DNA from: Acidihalobacter aeolianus
GTDB taxonomy: Bacteria > Pseudomonadota > Gammaproteobacteria > DSM-5130 > Acidihalobacteraceae
Direction of reading: 5' to 3'
Assembly (NCBI RefSeq): GCF_001753165.1
Contig: NZ_CP017448.1
Coordinates: forward strand, 490,462 to 514,461
Length of the DNA stretch: 24,000 nucleotides
Below, one piece after another: positions 1 through 8,012 of this stretch (positions are counted from its first letter, which is position 1; every line of letters starts with the position of its first letter). The notes under the pieces were generated by a model that was given only the letters and a program-made list of their open reading frames with translations, was not told where the DNA came from and searched no databases. A program made the position numbers and the translations under genes.

Positions 1-92
1 CGCGAGGTTGCCCGTAGGGTCAAGGCGATCCGGGGCGAATTTCTTGGTAACTTTCTTTGTTCGTCCAAAGAAAGTTACTCGCACGCCCGCAC
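1..92 (+). repeat. Hairpin-containing intergenic repeat, copy A (cut by window edge)
   Basis: Perfect 13-bp stem gtaactttctttg (47-59) / caaagaaagttac (66-78) with a 6-nt loop. Bases 2-92 align by eye with the reverse complement of 1291-1377 (shared blocks gcgaggt, caaggcg, atttctt, tttctttg...caaagaaa). Confidence 0.7.
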
Positions 93-469
93 CTGAGCCA
101 TTAAAAAAGCTGTTGTTGAAAGCGTGTGAAAGCACGCCGCCATTTCCGCTAGTGCCTGACGCGAAGTCGCCAAAAGTCACAGGGAGCGACTATCCTGCAA
201 GCCCCGGCGGGGTGAGGCGCAGGGATGCGCCGAGCAATGTGATTCGTACGTCCTCACCAAAACCAATTTAGAACGCCATTGCGCAAGGCGTGTGAAATGG
301 CGCCACCGTCCAACTAATCTCTCCCGCGCAGAAAGCATAAGTCTCACAATCGTGCATGGTTGCAAGACCGGCCCCATCCCCCCTCGTTCAAGTAGTTGCC
401 GGGCAGTGGGTAAGCGCTGGAAGGTGATGCTCCCCCTCGGTTTGTCGGGTTGCGCTATTAATGGATTGC

Positions 470-487
470 GTTATTATCGCTAATAAC
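470..487. promoter_or_regulatory. Candidate HigA operator (7-bp perfect inverted repeat)
   Basis: gttatta-tcgc-taataac lies 32 nt upstream of the higB ATG in an AT-rich patch. TA antitoxins typically autoregulate through such palindromes. Confidence 0.4.
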
Positions 488-518
488 GACATACGTTAAT
501 GTCCGCCAAGCCGATCCG

Positions 519-800
519 ATGCTCAAAAGCTACCGTTGCAAGGAAACAGAGAAGATTGGGAATCGCCAACACTCGAAGCGGTTTCCCGTCGATATACAGC
601 GAAGAGCCAAGATGCGGCTTGATCGGATCGATGCGGCGGCGAGCCTGGAAGACCTGAAGACGCCCCCCTCTCATAGGTTGGAAGCTCTCTCAGGCGACAG
701 GCAAGGCCAGCATAGCATCCGGATCAACGAGCAATGGCGAATCTGCTTTGTGTGGTGGGACGGTAACGCCTATGACGTGGAGATCGTGGATTACCATTAA
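519..800 (+). CDS. higB: HigB toxin (RelE/ParE superfamily, plasmid maintenance system killer)
   Basis: 93 aa. The N-terminus MLKSYRCKETEK and C-terminus RICFVWWDGNAYDVEIVDYH match the HigB family pattern (...W/F..DG.A..V.Y.DYH). It is followed by an HTH antitoxin in toxin-first order. Confidence 0.85.
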   Translation: MLKSYRCKETEKIGNRQHSKRFPVDIQRRAKMRLDRIDAAASLEDLKTPPSHRLEALSGDRQGQHSIRINEQWRICFVWWDGNAYDVEIVDYH

Positions 801-828
801 CGCAGCTCCGGTTAGAGAGGGGCAATAC

Positions 829-1137
829 ATGAGTGAGGACATGATGAACGCACAGAGAATCGCCCCCATTCATCCGGGGGAGCATCTGGCTGAATACCTT
901 GAAGACTATGGTTTGAGCCAGTACCGCTTGGCGATGGCGATCCATGTGCCGCCGCGCCGCATCAATGAAATCGTGCTGGGTAAACGCGGCATCACGGCTG
1001 ATACAGCCCTCCGACTGGCTCGGTTCTTTGGAACCAGCGCGCAGTACTGGATGGCCCTGCAAGACAAGTACGAGCTTGAAACTGCGCAGGATCAGCTCGG
1101 TGACGCGTTGGAAAGAGACATCGTGTGTCACGCGTGA
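829..1137 (+). CDS. higA: HigA antitoxin (Xre-type HTH)
   Basis: The sequence IHPGEHLAEYLEDYGLSQYRLAMAIHVPPRRINEIVLGKRGITADTALRLARFFGTSAQYWMALQ is typical HigA/VapI. I chose the ATG at 829, preceded by gagagggg, instead of the track start at 748. Confidence 0.85.
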   Translation: MSEDMMNAQRIAPIHPGEHLAEYLEDYGLSQYRLAMAIHVPPRRINEIVLGKRGITADTALRLARFFGTSAQYWMALQDKYELETAQDQLGDALERDIVCHA

Positions 1138-1290
1138 CCGCGCGGAATCGCAGGCGCTGACAAGAATTGCAGAGTCTGATCCTCTCATCTGCCTTGTCTA
1201 TTTTTTTGCAGGCTCTTGATTCTCGCGAGTGTTTTCGATTGAGGTTTCGGGCGCGAAATCAGTTTTCCATGATTGATTTGGCCTAGCGAC

Positions 1291-1377
1291 GCGCCCGCCC
1301 TGGTTTCTTTGCTCGCCCAAAGAAACCAGGGAAAGAAATGCGCCCGAAACGCCTTGGCCCTGAGGGCAGACCTCGCC
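1291..1377 (-). repeat. Hairpin-containing intergenic repeat, copy B (inverted relative to copy A)
   Basis: Perfect 13-bp stem cctggtttctttg (1299-1311) / caaagaaaccagg (1318-1330) with a 6-nt loop. Its reverse complement aligns with 2-92. Similar GC-rich sequence continues to about 1480, but the window edge leaves no partner in copy A for comparison. Confidence 0.7.
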
Positions 1378-1621
1378 CGCACACGCCGCCGAGGGGCGCA
1401 GCTGGCATTCGCCGTCCGGGCGAAGCCTGCTCGGGCGGCGTCCTGCCGCCCGAGCCCACGTCGGCGCGCACGGTCGAGGCAAGGCGTAACGGGAATAAAA
1501 AATATAAGCGAAGCCGCTACGCGCCAGTGACGTACTTCGCTTGTCTTTATTCTATCTATATCTTTATCGCATTGTCTCGCGGGGATGCGGCTGGACGGGG
1601 TCGGCCCGGAGGTTCACGGCA

Positions 1622-2044
1622 TTAATCTTCCCACGGATTGAGGATGGTCGCGCCGGTGGGCTCGAAATCGGCCACGTTGTGAGTTACCACGGCCATGCCA
1701 TGCACGAGGGCCGTCGCCGCGATGAGTGCGTCTCGCTCGCTACGTTTGTCGGGAACGTGCAGTCGGGCACAGCGTTGCGCCACGGCTGTATCGACAGGCA
1801 ATGTCCGTCCGGAGAACTCCGGCAGTACGTGCTGATCCAGCCACGTGCGAAGCACGGCTCCCTGAGTGGCATCCTTGCGCTCAATCGACAGGACACCCAG
1901 TTCCAGTTCCATGATGGTGATGGCGGACACAAAAAGATCGGCGGCATCGACGTTTTCAACCCATGCCGCAAGATTCGGGTCTGCTTTGCCGCCCCGAATC
2001 TTGCGCAGTTCCGACACCACGTTGGTGTCGAGAACGTACATCAT
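1622..2044 (-). CDS. vapC: VapC toxin (PIN-domain ribonuclease)
   Basis: 140 aa. It has MMYVLDTNVVSELRK, ITIMELELG and ALIAATALVHGMAVVTHNVADF, giving the PIN acidic residues in the expected spacing. Its ATG overlaps the vapB stop (ATGA). Confidence 0.9.
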   Translation of the reverse strand: MMYVLDTNVVSELRKIRGGKADPNLAAWVENVDAADLFVSAITIMELELGVLSIERKDATQGAVLRTWLDQHVLPEFSGRTLPVDTAVAQRCARLHVPDKRSERDALIAATALVHGMAVVTHNVADFEPTGATILNPWED

Positions 2045-2295
2045 GCGAAATCGGCCGGCTTTGTCTCGATGGTCATACGCGGCGGTTCAAAATCGATGTC
2101 TGCTATCCCCGGCATGGCCAGCGCATCGGCAATATTACGATGTTGCCTTGTAAGCCGCTGGTATTCCTCGAAGCTCAACAGTACATGCGCGGGCTTGCCG
2201 CGATCCGTGATGAACACGGGTCCAATCTTGGTTGCTTTCTTAGCGCGACTTATGTCTTGGTTGAGTTCCCGGCTGGAAAGGGTTGTGATCGTCAA
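2041..2295 (-). CDS. vapB: VapB antitoxin (Phd/YefM-type)
   Basis: 84 aa with SSRELNQDISRAKKATKIGPVFITDRGKPAHVLLSFEEYQRL, a Phd/YefM-like N-terminus. The start is TTG, preceded by ggaggtg, and the gene has a 4-nt overlap with vapC. Confidence 0.85.
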   Translation of the reverse strand: MTITTLSSRELNQDISRAKKATKIGPVFITDRGKPAHVLLSFEEYQRLTRQHRNIADALAMPGIADIDFEPPRMTIETKPADFA

Positions 2296-2317
2296 GATGC
2301 ACCTCCGTAAAGGCCAT

Positions 2318-2337
2318 ATGTAGTTAAGTTACTACAT
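2318..2337. promoter_or_regulatory. Candidate VapB operator (7-bp perfect inverted repeat)
   Basis: atgtagt-taagtt-actacat lies 23 nt upstream of the vapB start codon. Confidence 0.45.
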
Positions 2338-2664
2338 GCCTATTTGGATGTCTATGGGCTGTTGAGCATGCTTATCGTGCAGCTCCGGCAAGGTGAAGTG
2401 CTGGGATGGCCGTGAAAAGCCATTCGCGCGCTGGCAACCAAATCCAGTAAGAAATCCGCAGCTTAAGGCGTATGAAACCATCCGCCGTTTCCCACTGTGG
2501 TCCCGGCAGTCATGCGCGTAATGCGATGCAAGGCCGTTACGCCTTCGGCAGAATCATCTTGCTCTGTAATTGGCTCAGGATTTGAGTCGATTAAGTACGT
2601 TATCCGGCTCACAAAATTGCAGTGCTGTCCTGCAGAAATGTTCCAGCCTTTGCAGCAGCCCCCC

Positions 2665-4044
2665 TTAAACCGCCAACGCCTCCCCCTTCACCGACGCCTG
2701 TAGCAACCGGGCGATATGCACCGGTCTCCGGTCGGTGGCTTCGGCGATCTGGTGACGGCATGAGAAGCCGTTGGCGACGATGGCGGCCTGCGGCTGCTCG
2801 CGCAGGGCCGGCAGCAAGCTCAGCTCGGCCATGGCGAGGGAGTCTTCCACGTGTTCGGCCTCCAGGCCAAAGCTGCCGGCCATGCCGCAGCAGGAGGTTT
2901 CCACGAGCTCGAAGCGGAACTCGGGGATCATTTTCAGAACTTTGCGCATGGACTTCATCGCGCCCACCGCCTTTTGGTGGCAATGGCCGTGGATCATCGT
3001 GGGTGCGGCTTGTTCGGGGATGGGCTTCAGGTCGAGGGTCATTTTCTTGGCCGTGACCTCGCGGGCGACGAACTCCTCGAAGAGGATCGCCTGTCCGGCG
3101 ACCTGGTCGGCGATCTCGCCGAGGCCGAGGAACTTGTAGTCGTCGCGTATGGCCAGCAGGCAGGCGGGCTCCAGGCCGATCACCGGCATGCCGGCCTCGG
3201 CGTAGGGGGCCAGCGCCGCGAGTACGCGACGGGCGTTGGCCTTGGCGCCGTCGAGCAGGCCGTGGGCGAGCTGGGTGCGTCCGCAGCACAGGGGGGTGGG
3301 CTGGCCGTCCCGGGCCACGTGCACCCGGTATCCGGCGCGTTGCAGCACGTCGATGGCGGCATGCGCGTTGGCGGGATCGAAGTGGTGAGTGAAGGTGTCC
3401 ACGAACAGCACCACGGCCCTGCCGTCGGCATTGTCCGGAGGCGAGGTCTCCTGCGCGGGCTGCCGGGATTGGAAGAAGGGGTTTGCCTGCGGCAGCGGGA
3501 GCTGGCGCTGCCGGGCGATGCCCAGTAGGTCGTCGCCCAGGCGTGCCAGCAGCGGCAGGCGGTTGCGCAGGGCGATCAACGAACGCAGTGGGTAGCGCGC
3601 CAGCAGATCGGGCAGGTTGGCGAACAGCCGGGTGCGCAGGGGAATCGCGTGGCGCGCATGGCGCTGGGCCAGATACTCGATCTTGATCATGGCCATGTCG
3701 ACTTCGTTTTCGCACTCGCGCTTGCAGCCCTTGCAGGAGAGGCACAGATCCATGGCCTCGGCCAGTTCCCGTTCGTCGAAGGCTGCGAGGACATCGTCGC
3801 TGTTCAGCGCGGCCTTGAGCAGCCGCACCCGGCCGCCGGTGGAGAGCAGCGGGTTGTCGCTGACCCGAAAGCTGGGGCACATGACGCCCTTGGGCTTTTC
3901 CTCGCAATGGCGGCTGTTGATGCATACGGCGACGGCCTTGGCGAAATCGCCGCCTGTTTTGGGGATGTCCGCATAGGCATCGCCCACGCCGGCGTTTTCG
4001 TAGCTGGACCAGTCGAGCAGATTTTTCATGGGCGGGGTTGTCAT
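2665..4044 (-). CDS. (Fe-S)-binding CCG-domain protein (GlcF/GlpC/HdrD-like)
   Basis: It has a CxxCxxCxxxC motif (CLSCKGCKREC), the cysteine run CINSRHC..C, and two CCG motifs (PLCCGRT, SCCGMAGSFG). The N-terminus LLDWSSYENAGVGDAYADIP recalls the linker of long FAD+FeS YdiJ-type dehydrogenases (from memory). The start ATG at 4044 overlaps the upstream stop (ATGA), so I discarded the track extension to 4395. Confidence 0.85.
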   Translation of the reverse strand: MTTPPMKNLLDWSSYENAGVGDAYADIPKTGGDFAKAVAVCINSRHCEEKPKGVMCPSFRVSDNPLLSTGGRVRLLKAALNSDDVLAAFDERELAEAMDLCLSCKGCKRECENEVDMAMIKIEYLAQRHARHAIPLRTRLFANLPDLLARYPLRSLIALRNRLPLLARLGDDLLGIARQRQLPLPQANPFFQSRQPAQETSPPDNADGRAVVLFVDTFTHHFDPANAHAAIDVLQRAGYRVHVARDGQPTPLCCGRTQLAHGLLDGAKANARRVLAALAPYAEAGMPVIGLEPACLLAIRDDYKFLGLGEIADQVAGQAILFEEFVAREVTAKKMTLDLKPIPEQAAPTMIHGHCHQKAVGAMKSMRKVLKMIPEFRFELVETSCCGMAGSFGLEAEHVEDSLAMAELSLLPALREQPQAAIVANGFSCRHQIAEATDRRPVHIARLLQASVKGEALAV

Positions 4045-4337
4045 TCGCCGTGGCCGGAAAGCAGGTTGTCGATCTCGCACATGAGGTATTCGTTGTCGCC
4101 GACGTTGCGCGCCACTTCGATGATGTCTGCGTAGCTGTGGTTGTGCAGGTCGAAGCTGAGCTTGTCGACGCGGCTCTTGTCGTAGAGCAGCTCCAGCAGC
4201 AGGATCACCCGCGGCGGATGGTCGCCGGTATCCGCAGCGATCCGAATCTTGGATACGACGCGCAGGTGCGCATCGATCTGGTTGATGAAATGCAGGGCGG
4301 AGAGTTCGTCGATCTCCTGCTGAGTGAACATGTGCAT
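4041..4337 (-). CDS. Hypothetical small protein (98 aa), translationally coupled to the Fe-S protein
   Basis: The ORF starts MHMFTQQEIDEL and has non-GC-biased, protein-like composition. Its stop overlaps the downstream ATG. I do not recognise the family. Confidence 0.55.
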   Translation of the reverse strand: MHMFTQQEIDELSALHFINQIDAHLRVVSKIRIAADTGDHPPRVILLLELLYDKSRVDKLSFDLHNHSYADIIEVARNVGDNEYLMCEIDNLLSGHGE

Positions 4338-4455
4338 GGGTGTCTCGGAATTCCTGACGATATCGGCCGCGCCACGGCCAGCGGACGGGCAGCATCGCGC
4401 CGCGCCGTTGCCTGGGAACGGCCGGCGGCGATGGTCGGCTGCGGGCACGATGCGC

Positions 4456-4821
4456 CTAGACCGCCTGCAGCAGGCGGGGCTCGGTGTTGATCGCGCCGGC
4501 GCGGCCCCAGGCGGTGATCGCCTCGACGAACCAGCGCGAGTCGGTGGGGTGCGGGCGCAGCACGTCGCACTCGGCATACAGGCTGCCGTCGGCGTTGACC
4601 ACCAGCTCGCCGCAGCGGTAGCCCTCGGCGTTACGCCACTCCATTACCAGCGCCATCGAGCCGTCGGCCGGGTCGCGGCGCAGGGAGGGGGTGCCGGCCT
4701 CCCAGGCCGGGGCGAAGAAACCCAGCGATCCCAGGCGGCCGGCGGCGCGTTCCAGCTCCCGCAACACCTCGATGCCGAGGGGGCGCAGCGCTTCCAGCCG
4801 CCGATCGAGCTCGCTGAGCAT
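4456..4821 (-). CDS. Hypothetical protein (121 aa)
   Basis: The ORF starts MLSELDRRLEAL. Its ATG overlaps the ferredoxin TGA by 1 nt (TGATG). I do not recognise the family. Confidence 0.55.
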   Translation of the reverse strand: MLSELDRRLEALRPLGIEVLRELERAAGRLGSLGFFAPAWEAGTPSLRRDPADGSMALVMEWRNAEGYRCGELVVNADGSLYAECDVLRPHPTDSRWFVEAITAWGRAGAINTEPRLLQAV

Positions 4822-5147
4822 CACCAGATCTCCGAGGGCACCAGCAGCCGTTCGACCGGCTTGCCACCGAGCAGGTGGCTGTCGATGATCTCGGCCACGT
4901 CTTCCTTCTTCAGCCCGCCGTACATCATGCCCTCGGGATAGACCAGCAGGTTGGGGCCGGAATCGCACGGGCCGAGGCAGCCGGTGCCGGTCACCTGAAT
5001 CCCCTGGGCCGCCAGCTCGCGGCTCTGCGACTGGGACAACAGTTCGTCGAACACGGCCTGGCAGCCCTTGGCGCCGCAGGAGCCGCGGGGATGGCCCGGT
5101 GGACGGGACTGTACGCAGACGAATACGTGTTTGGCGGGTCTTGGCAT
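4821..5147 (-). CDS. Thioredoxin-like [2Fe-2S] ferredoxin
   Basis: It has HVFVCVQSRPPGHPRGSCGAKG and TGCLGPCDSGPNLLVYPEGMMYG. This is the Cys spacing and VYP..(W/M)Y signature of the Trx-like 2Fe-2S ferredoxin family. The ATG at 5147 is preceded by ggag. Confidence 0.8.
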   Translation of the reverse strand: MPRPAKHVFVCVQSRPPGHPRGSCGAKGCQAVFDELLSQSQSRELAAQGIQVTGTGCLGPCDSGPNLLVYPEGMMYGGLKKEDVAEIIDSHLLGGKPVERLLVPSEIW

Positions 5148-5341
5148 GGCACTCACTCCGGAACGGGATGGATTTCGCAGGCAAACTCGATGGCAATCGG
5201 AGAGCAAGCGACGTGCCACAGCTAAGCGATTGATTTTCGGTGGAGCGGGCGGAGCGGGTCTGTAGCAAACGGAACAATCGACCCGGCGAGCGGGGTAAAC
5301 GGACCAACGCGGATGGCGTTGTGGGCGGGGGCCCTGAAAGG

Positions 5342-5371
5342 GGCGCCGAGCATCGGTCGATGCTCGGCGCC
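5342..5371 (-). terminator. Hairpin downstream of the TonB-dependent receptor gene
   Basis: Perfect 13-bp stem ggcgccgagcatc / gatgctcggcgcc with loop ggtc, 17 nt past the stop. On the minus strand it is followed only by ccctttc, a weak U-tract. Confidence 0.5.
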
Positions 5372-5387
5372 AGGGTGTGGCGCAGAA

Positions 5388-7721
5388 CTAGAAGCTTGCG
5401 GTGACCGTCAGATAGAGGCTTCTCGGCGCACCGGGGTTGGCGATGATGTACCCGGTGGAGGTGGTGCCGAAGTACCCGCCGCTGGAGATGTATTCCGTGG
5501 AATTGTATTTCTTGTCCAGCAGATTCAGGACGCGGAGGGAAACGGTCGCGTACTTGAGCCCGGGAATCAGGTGATTGAAAACCCGGGTGTCATCGGAAAT
5601 CGACAGATTCACGAGGTTATAGGCCGGGGTTTGCTGGTTCGTCGGCGCGCCGTTGTTGTTGTCCCACAAATAACTGTGGCCCGTGTACTGATCCCACAGC
5701 GTGGTGGTGATCGCCGAGGTCGAGAGATACCACTTGTAGCTGGCGCCGGCGTTGAACGTGGTCGAGGGCGAATTCGAGACCGGGTAGCCGTTGTAATAGG
5801 TATTGTTGGTGGTCGAGAAGAACGAATCCCAGTTGCTCTTGAGCCAGCCGAAATTGGCAAAACCGGACCAGTGCGTATCGAGGTCGCCGGAAAATTGCGC
5901 ATCCACGCCCTGCAGGGTCGCGGCACCGTAGCCGAAGGTGGTGACCGGGCTGCCGGCGATGTTACGCGGGATGGTCTGATGATCCATCTTGGTGTGGAAA
6001 TATTCGAGCGACGCCGTCATCCGCTTGAGCCCGAGAACGTGCTCGCCCGCAAAACGCCAGCCCAGGTCGTACGTCGCCGCCCTGACGGGCTGCAGGGTGC
6101 TGATGTCGATCGGGTAATTGTCGTAATTTCCCGCCGTGGGGTTCTGGTAGGCAATGCCGTAATTGGCGAATACCGCCATGCCCTTCGAAAGCTTCCAGTT
6201 GATGCCGATGGAGGGTTCGGTCTTGAGGAAATTGCTGGAAGCGTTCGGGTTGGTGTCGTAGCTGAAGTTGGGGTCGGTGGGCACGCCGTTCGGATAGAGG
6301 TGGAGCGTTTCGGTGTAGCTGTTGTTCACCCAGTCCGTCTGGAAGCCGTTCACGCTGATGCCCGGCACGATCTTGAGCGAGGGCGTGAGCTTGATGGCAT
6401 CCTGAATGAATGCGGAGGAATAGGTGCTGTAGGTCGTGTTGAAATAAACCGCGGCGGGATTGTAATTGTGATAACCCAGGGTTGGCGCGTACCCCAGATA
6501 ATTGCTGCGAGCCTTGGCCATGATCAGCCAGCCGCCGAAGCTGACCAGGTTGGTGTCGCCGATGGCTTGATCGAAAACGACCTTGTCTCCCAGGTTGTAG
6601 GAATGTTCGTGGTAGTTCTCGACGTTCGTTGTCGAGCCGGCATCGTAGCCCGTGTTCACGCGGTGGTGATAAATGTTGCCGTTGCGGAACCAGATGCTGT
6701 TCGAGAGCCTGAGCGTCGGCGACAGATCCAGATGCAGATGCGACCACGCCATGTAGTCCTTGACGTAGTTGTGCTTCCACCAGACCGATTGCGGCAGCGC
6801 CGAATAGAATCCGGTCGTCTGCTGGCTGTACAGGGGGCCGCTCCCGTTCAAGCCGTCGACATGAATCTCGCTATTGGGCACGAGTGGGATCATGTTGGGA
6901 CGGAGTTCGTCGTTGTTGATCGCGTAGGCGCCCGCGCTGAACGATCCGCCGGCAAAGGTTTTTTTGGTCTTCACATAGAGCTGATAGGTGTTGGACGGCC
7001 AGACGTCCGACGTCTTGCGGATCGAATGACTGCCGGCATGGGCGAGCCCGATCACGGTTGACCAGCCGTCGATTTCACCTGTGTTGTGCACGGCGGAAAT
7101 CACATTGGTGTCGAAGCTGCCGCCTGACAGGCTGATCTGGGTATTGGCGTGTGCGGTCGGCTGAACGGGAATGAAATTGATGGTGCCGCCCAGGCTGTCG
7201 TACCAGTGGGTGTCGGGATTGCCTGGACCTTGTATGACATTGGTGCCCGCCATCAGGCTGCCAATGGGCACTTCAGGAGAGTGCCAGCCGGTGCCCTGGT
7301 TGAGGCTGTTCAGCGGGATGCCGTCGAGTTCGGTGGTGATGGCGTTGGTTTCCAGATCGCCGGGGATGCTGTTCCAACCGACTTTCAAGCCGCGCATCGA
7401 GATTGTGGAGCGGGAGGAAACGCTGCTGGCGTTATAACTGCTGATTTCGACGTTGGGCAGGATGCTGAGCGCCTGCATGCCGCCGGCATCGGGACCGAAC
7501 AGGGAAATGCTGCTCTTGGATACGGTTTTGACCGTTTGCGTTGTGGCCAGCTTCTTTTTCTCGGTCATGACCGAGCTGTCCGAAGATCGCTCTTGAGAAT
7601 TCTTCTTCACGTTGGCGTTGACGGTGCCGAGATTCATGACGCCGGCAGCGTGTGCGGCCAACGGGCAAATCAATGCGGATGCAATCGCGGCCGCGACTGC
7701 ACTTCGTTTCAACGATTTCAC
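5388..7721 (-). CDS. TonB-dependent outer-membrane receptor
   Basis: 777 aa. It has a signal peptide (...ICPLAAHA/AG), a plug-like region (SMRGLKV...IQGPG), a long Tyr/Asn/Gly-rich beta-barrel and a C-terminal ...LTVTASF. The start is GTG, preceded by aggagag. Confidence 0.9.
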   Translation of the reverse strand: MKSLKRSAVAAAIASALICPLAAHAAGVMNLGTVNANVKKNSQERSSDSSVMTEKKKLATTQTVKTVSKSSISLFGPDAGGMQALSILPNVEISSYNASSVSSRSTISMRGLKVGWNSIPGDLETNAITTELDGIPLNSLNQGTGWHSPEVPIGSLMAGTNVIQGPGNPDTHWYDSLGGTINFIPVQPTAHANTQISLSGGSFDTNVISAVHNTGEIDGWSTVIGLAHAGSHSIRKTSDVWPSNTYQLYVKTKKTFAGGSFSAGAYAINNDELRPNMIPLVPNSEIHVDGLNGSGPLYSQQTTGFYSALPQSVWWKHNYVKDYMAWSHLHLDLSPTLRLSNSIWFRNGNIYHHRVNTGYDAGSTTNVENYHEHSYNLGDKVVFDQAIGDTNLVSFGGWLIMAKARSNYLGYAPTLGYHNYNPAAVYFNTTYSTYSSAFIQDAIKLTPSLKIVPGISVNGFQTDWVNNSYTETLHLYPNGVPTDPNFSYDTNPNASSNFLKTEPSIGINWKLSKGMAVFANYGIAYQNPTAGNYDNYPIDISTLQPVRAATYDLGWRFAGEHVLGLKRMTASLEYFHTKMDHQTIPRNIAGSPVTTFGYGAATLQGVDAQFSGDLDTHWSGFANFGWLKSNWDSFFSTTNNTYYNGYPVSNSPSTTFNAGASYKWYLSTSAITTTLWDQYTGHSYLWDNNNGAPTNQQTPAYNLVNLSISDDTRVFNHLIPGLKYATVSLRVLNLLDKKYNSTEYISSGGYFGTTSTGYIIANPGAPRSLYLTVTASF

Positions 7722-7877
7722 CGGAGCTCTCCTAATATTTTTGATGTTGTTGCATGAAGACTGGCCGTTCGGAATTTAAAGGCTGACTTCAGTGTGCATC
7801 CGGGGTTAGCGGATGTCCGCGCATGGTGGACTCGGCTCCGTGAATAATTGGTAGCAGGGAAGTGAACTAATTATTTA

Positions 7878-7918
7878 TTGACATTAACATTTGGTAATTC
7901 ATAACAATTAGTTATTGA
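7878..7918 (+). promoter_or_regulatory. Candidate sigma70-type promoter with overlapping near-palindrome
   Basis: TTGACA (7878-7883), a 16-nt spacer, then CATAAC (7900-7905). The near-palindrome tcATAACaattaGTTATtga (7899-7918) overlaps the -10 element. The site lies in the AT-rich divergent region between the receptor and DUF1810 genes. Confidence 0.3.
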
Positions 7919-8012
7919 TATTGAGTCGATAAGTAATTAGCAGTTGGGTTTGATGTGCAAGCGAAATTAATCACTAATTATCCGGCAATGAGCTGCGCGG
8001 CAAGTAGACGGT

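Noticed and set aside
2609-3925. 438-aa minus-strand ORF and several other ORFs overlapping the Fe-S protein gene (e.g. 2851-3528 +, 3649-4134 +)
   Set aside because: These have Arg/Pro/Gly/Ala-rich low-complexity translations typical of off-frame reading of GC-rich coding DNA. The overlapping 2665-4044 frame has clear Fe-S/CCG motifs.
4045-4395. N-terminal extension of the Fe-S protein ORF (track start 4395, 576 aa)
   Set aside because: The extension is Arg/Pro-rich nonsense and overlaps a better small ORF in another frame. The ATG at 4044 gives the conserved N-terminus and an ATGA coupling junction.
5313-7061. 582-aa plus-strand ORF antisense to the TonB-dependent receptor gene
   Set aside because: It is Gly/Val/Arg-rich with no recognisable motifs, and is the mirror frame of a strongly supported receptor gene.
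7899-7918. Fur box in the receptor/DUF1810 intergenic region
   Set aside because: Only about 9 of 19 positions match GATAATGATAATCATTATC in my best alignment. I report it only as an unassigned near-palindrome.
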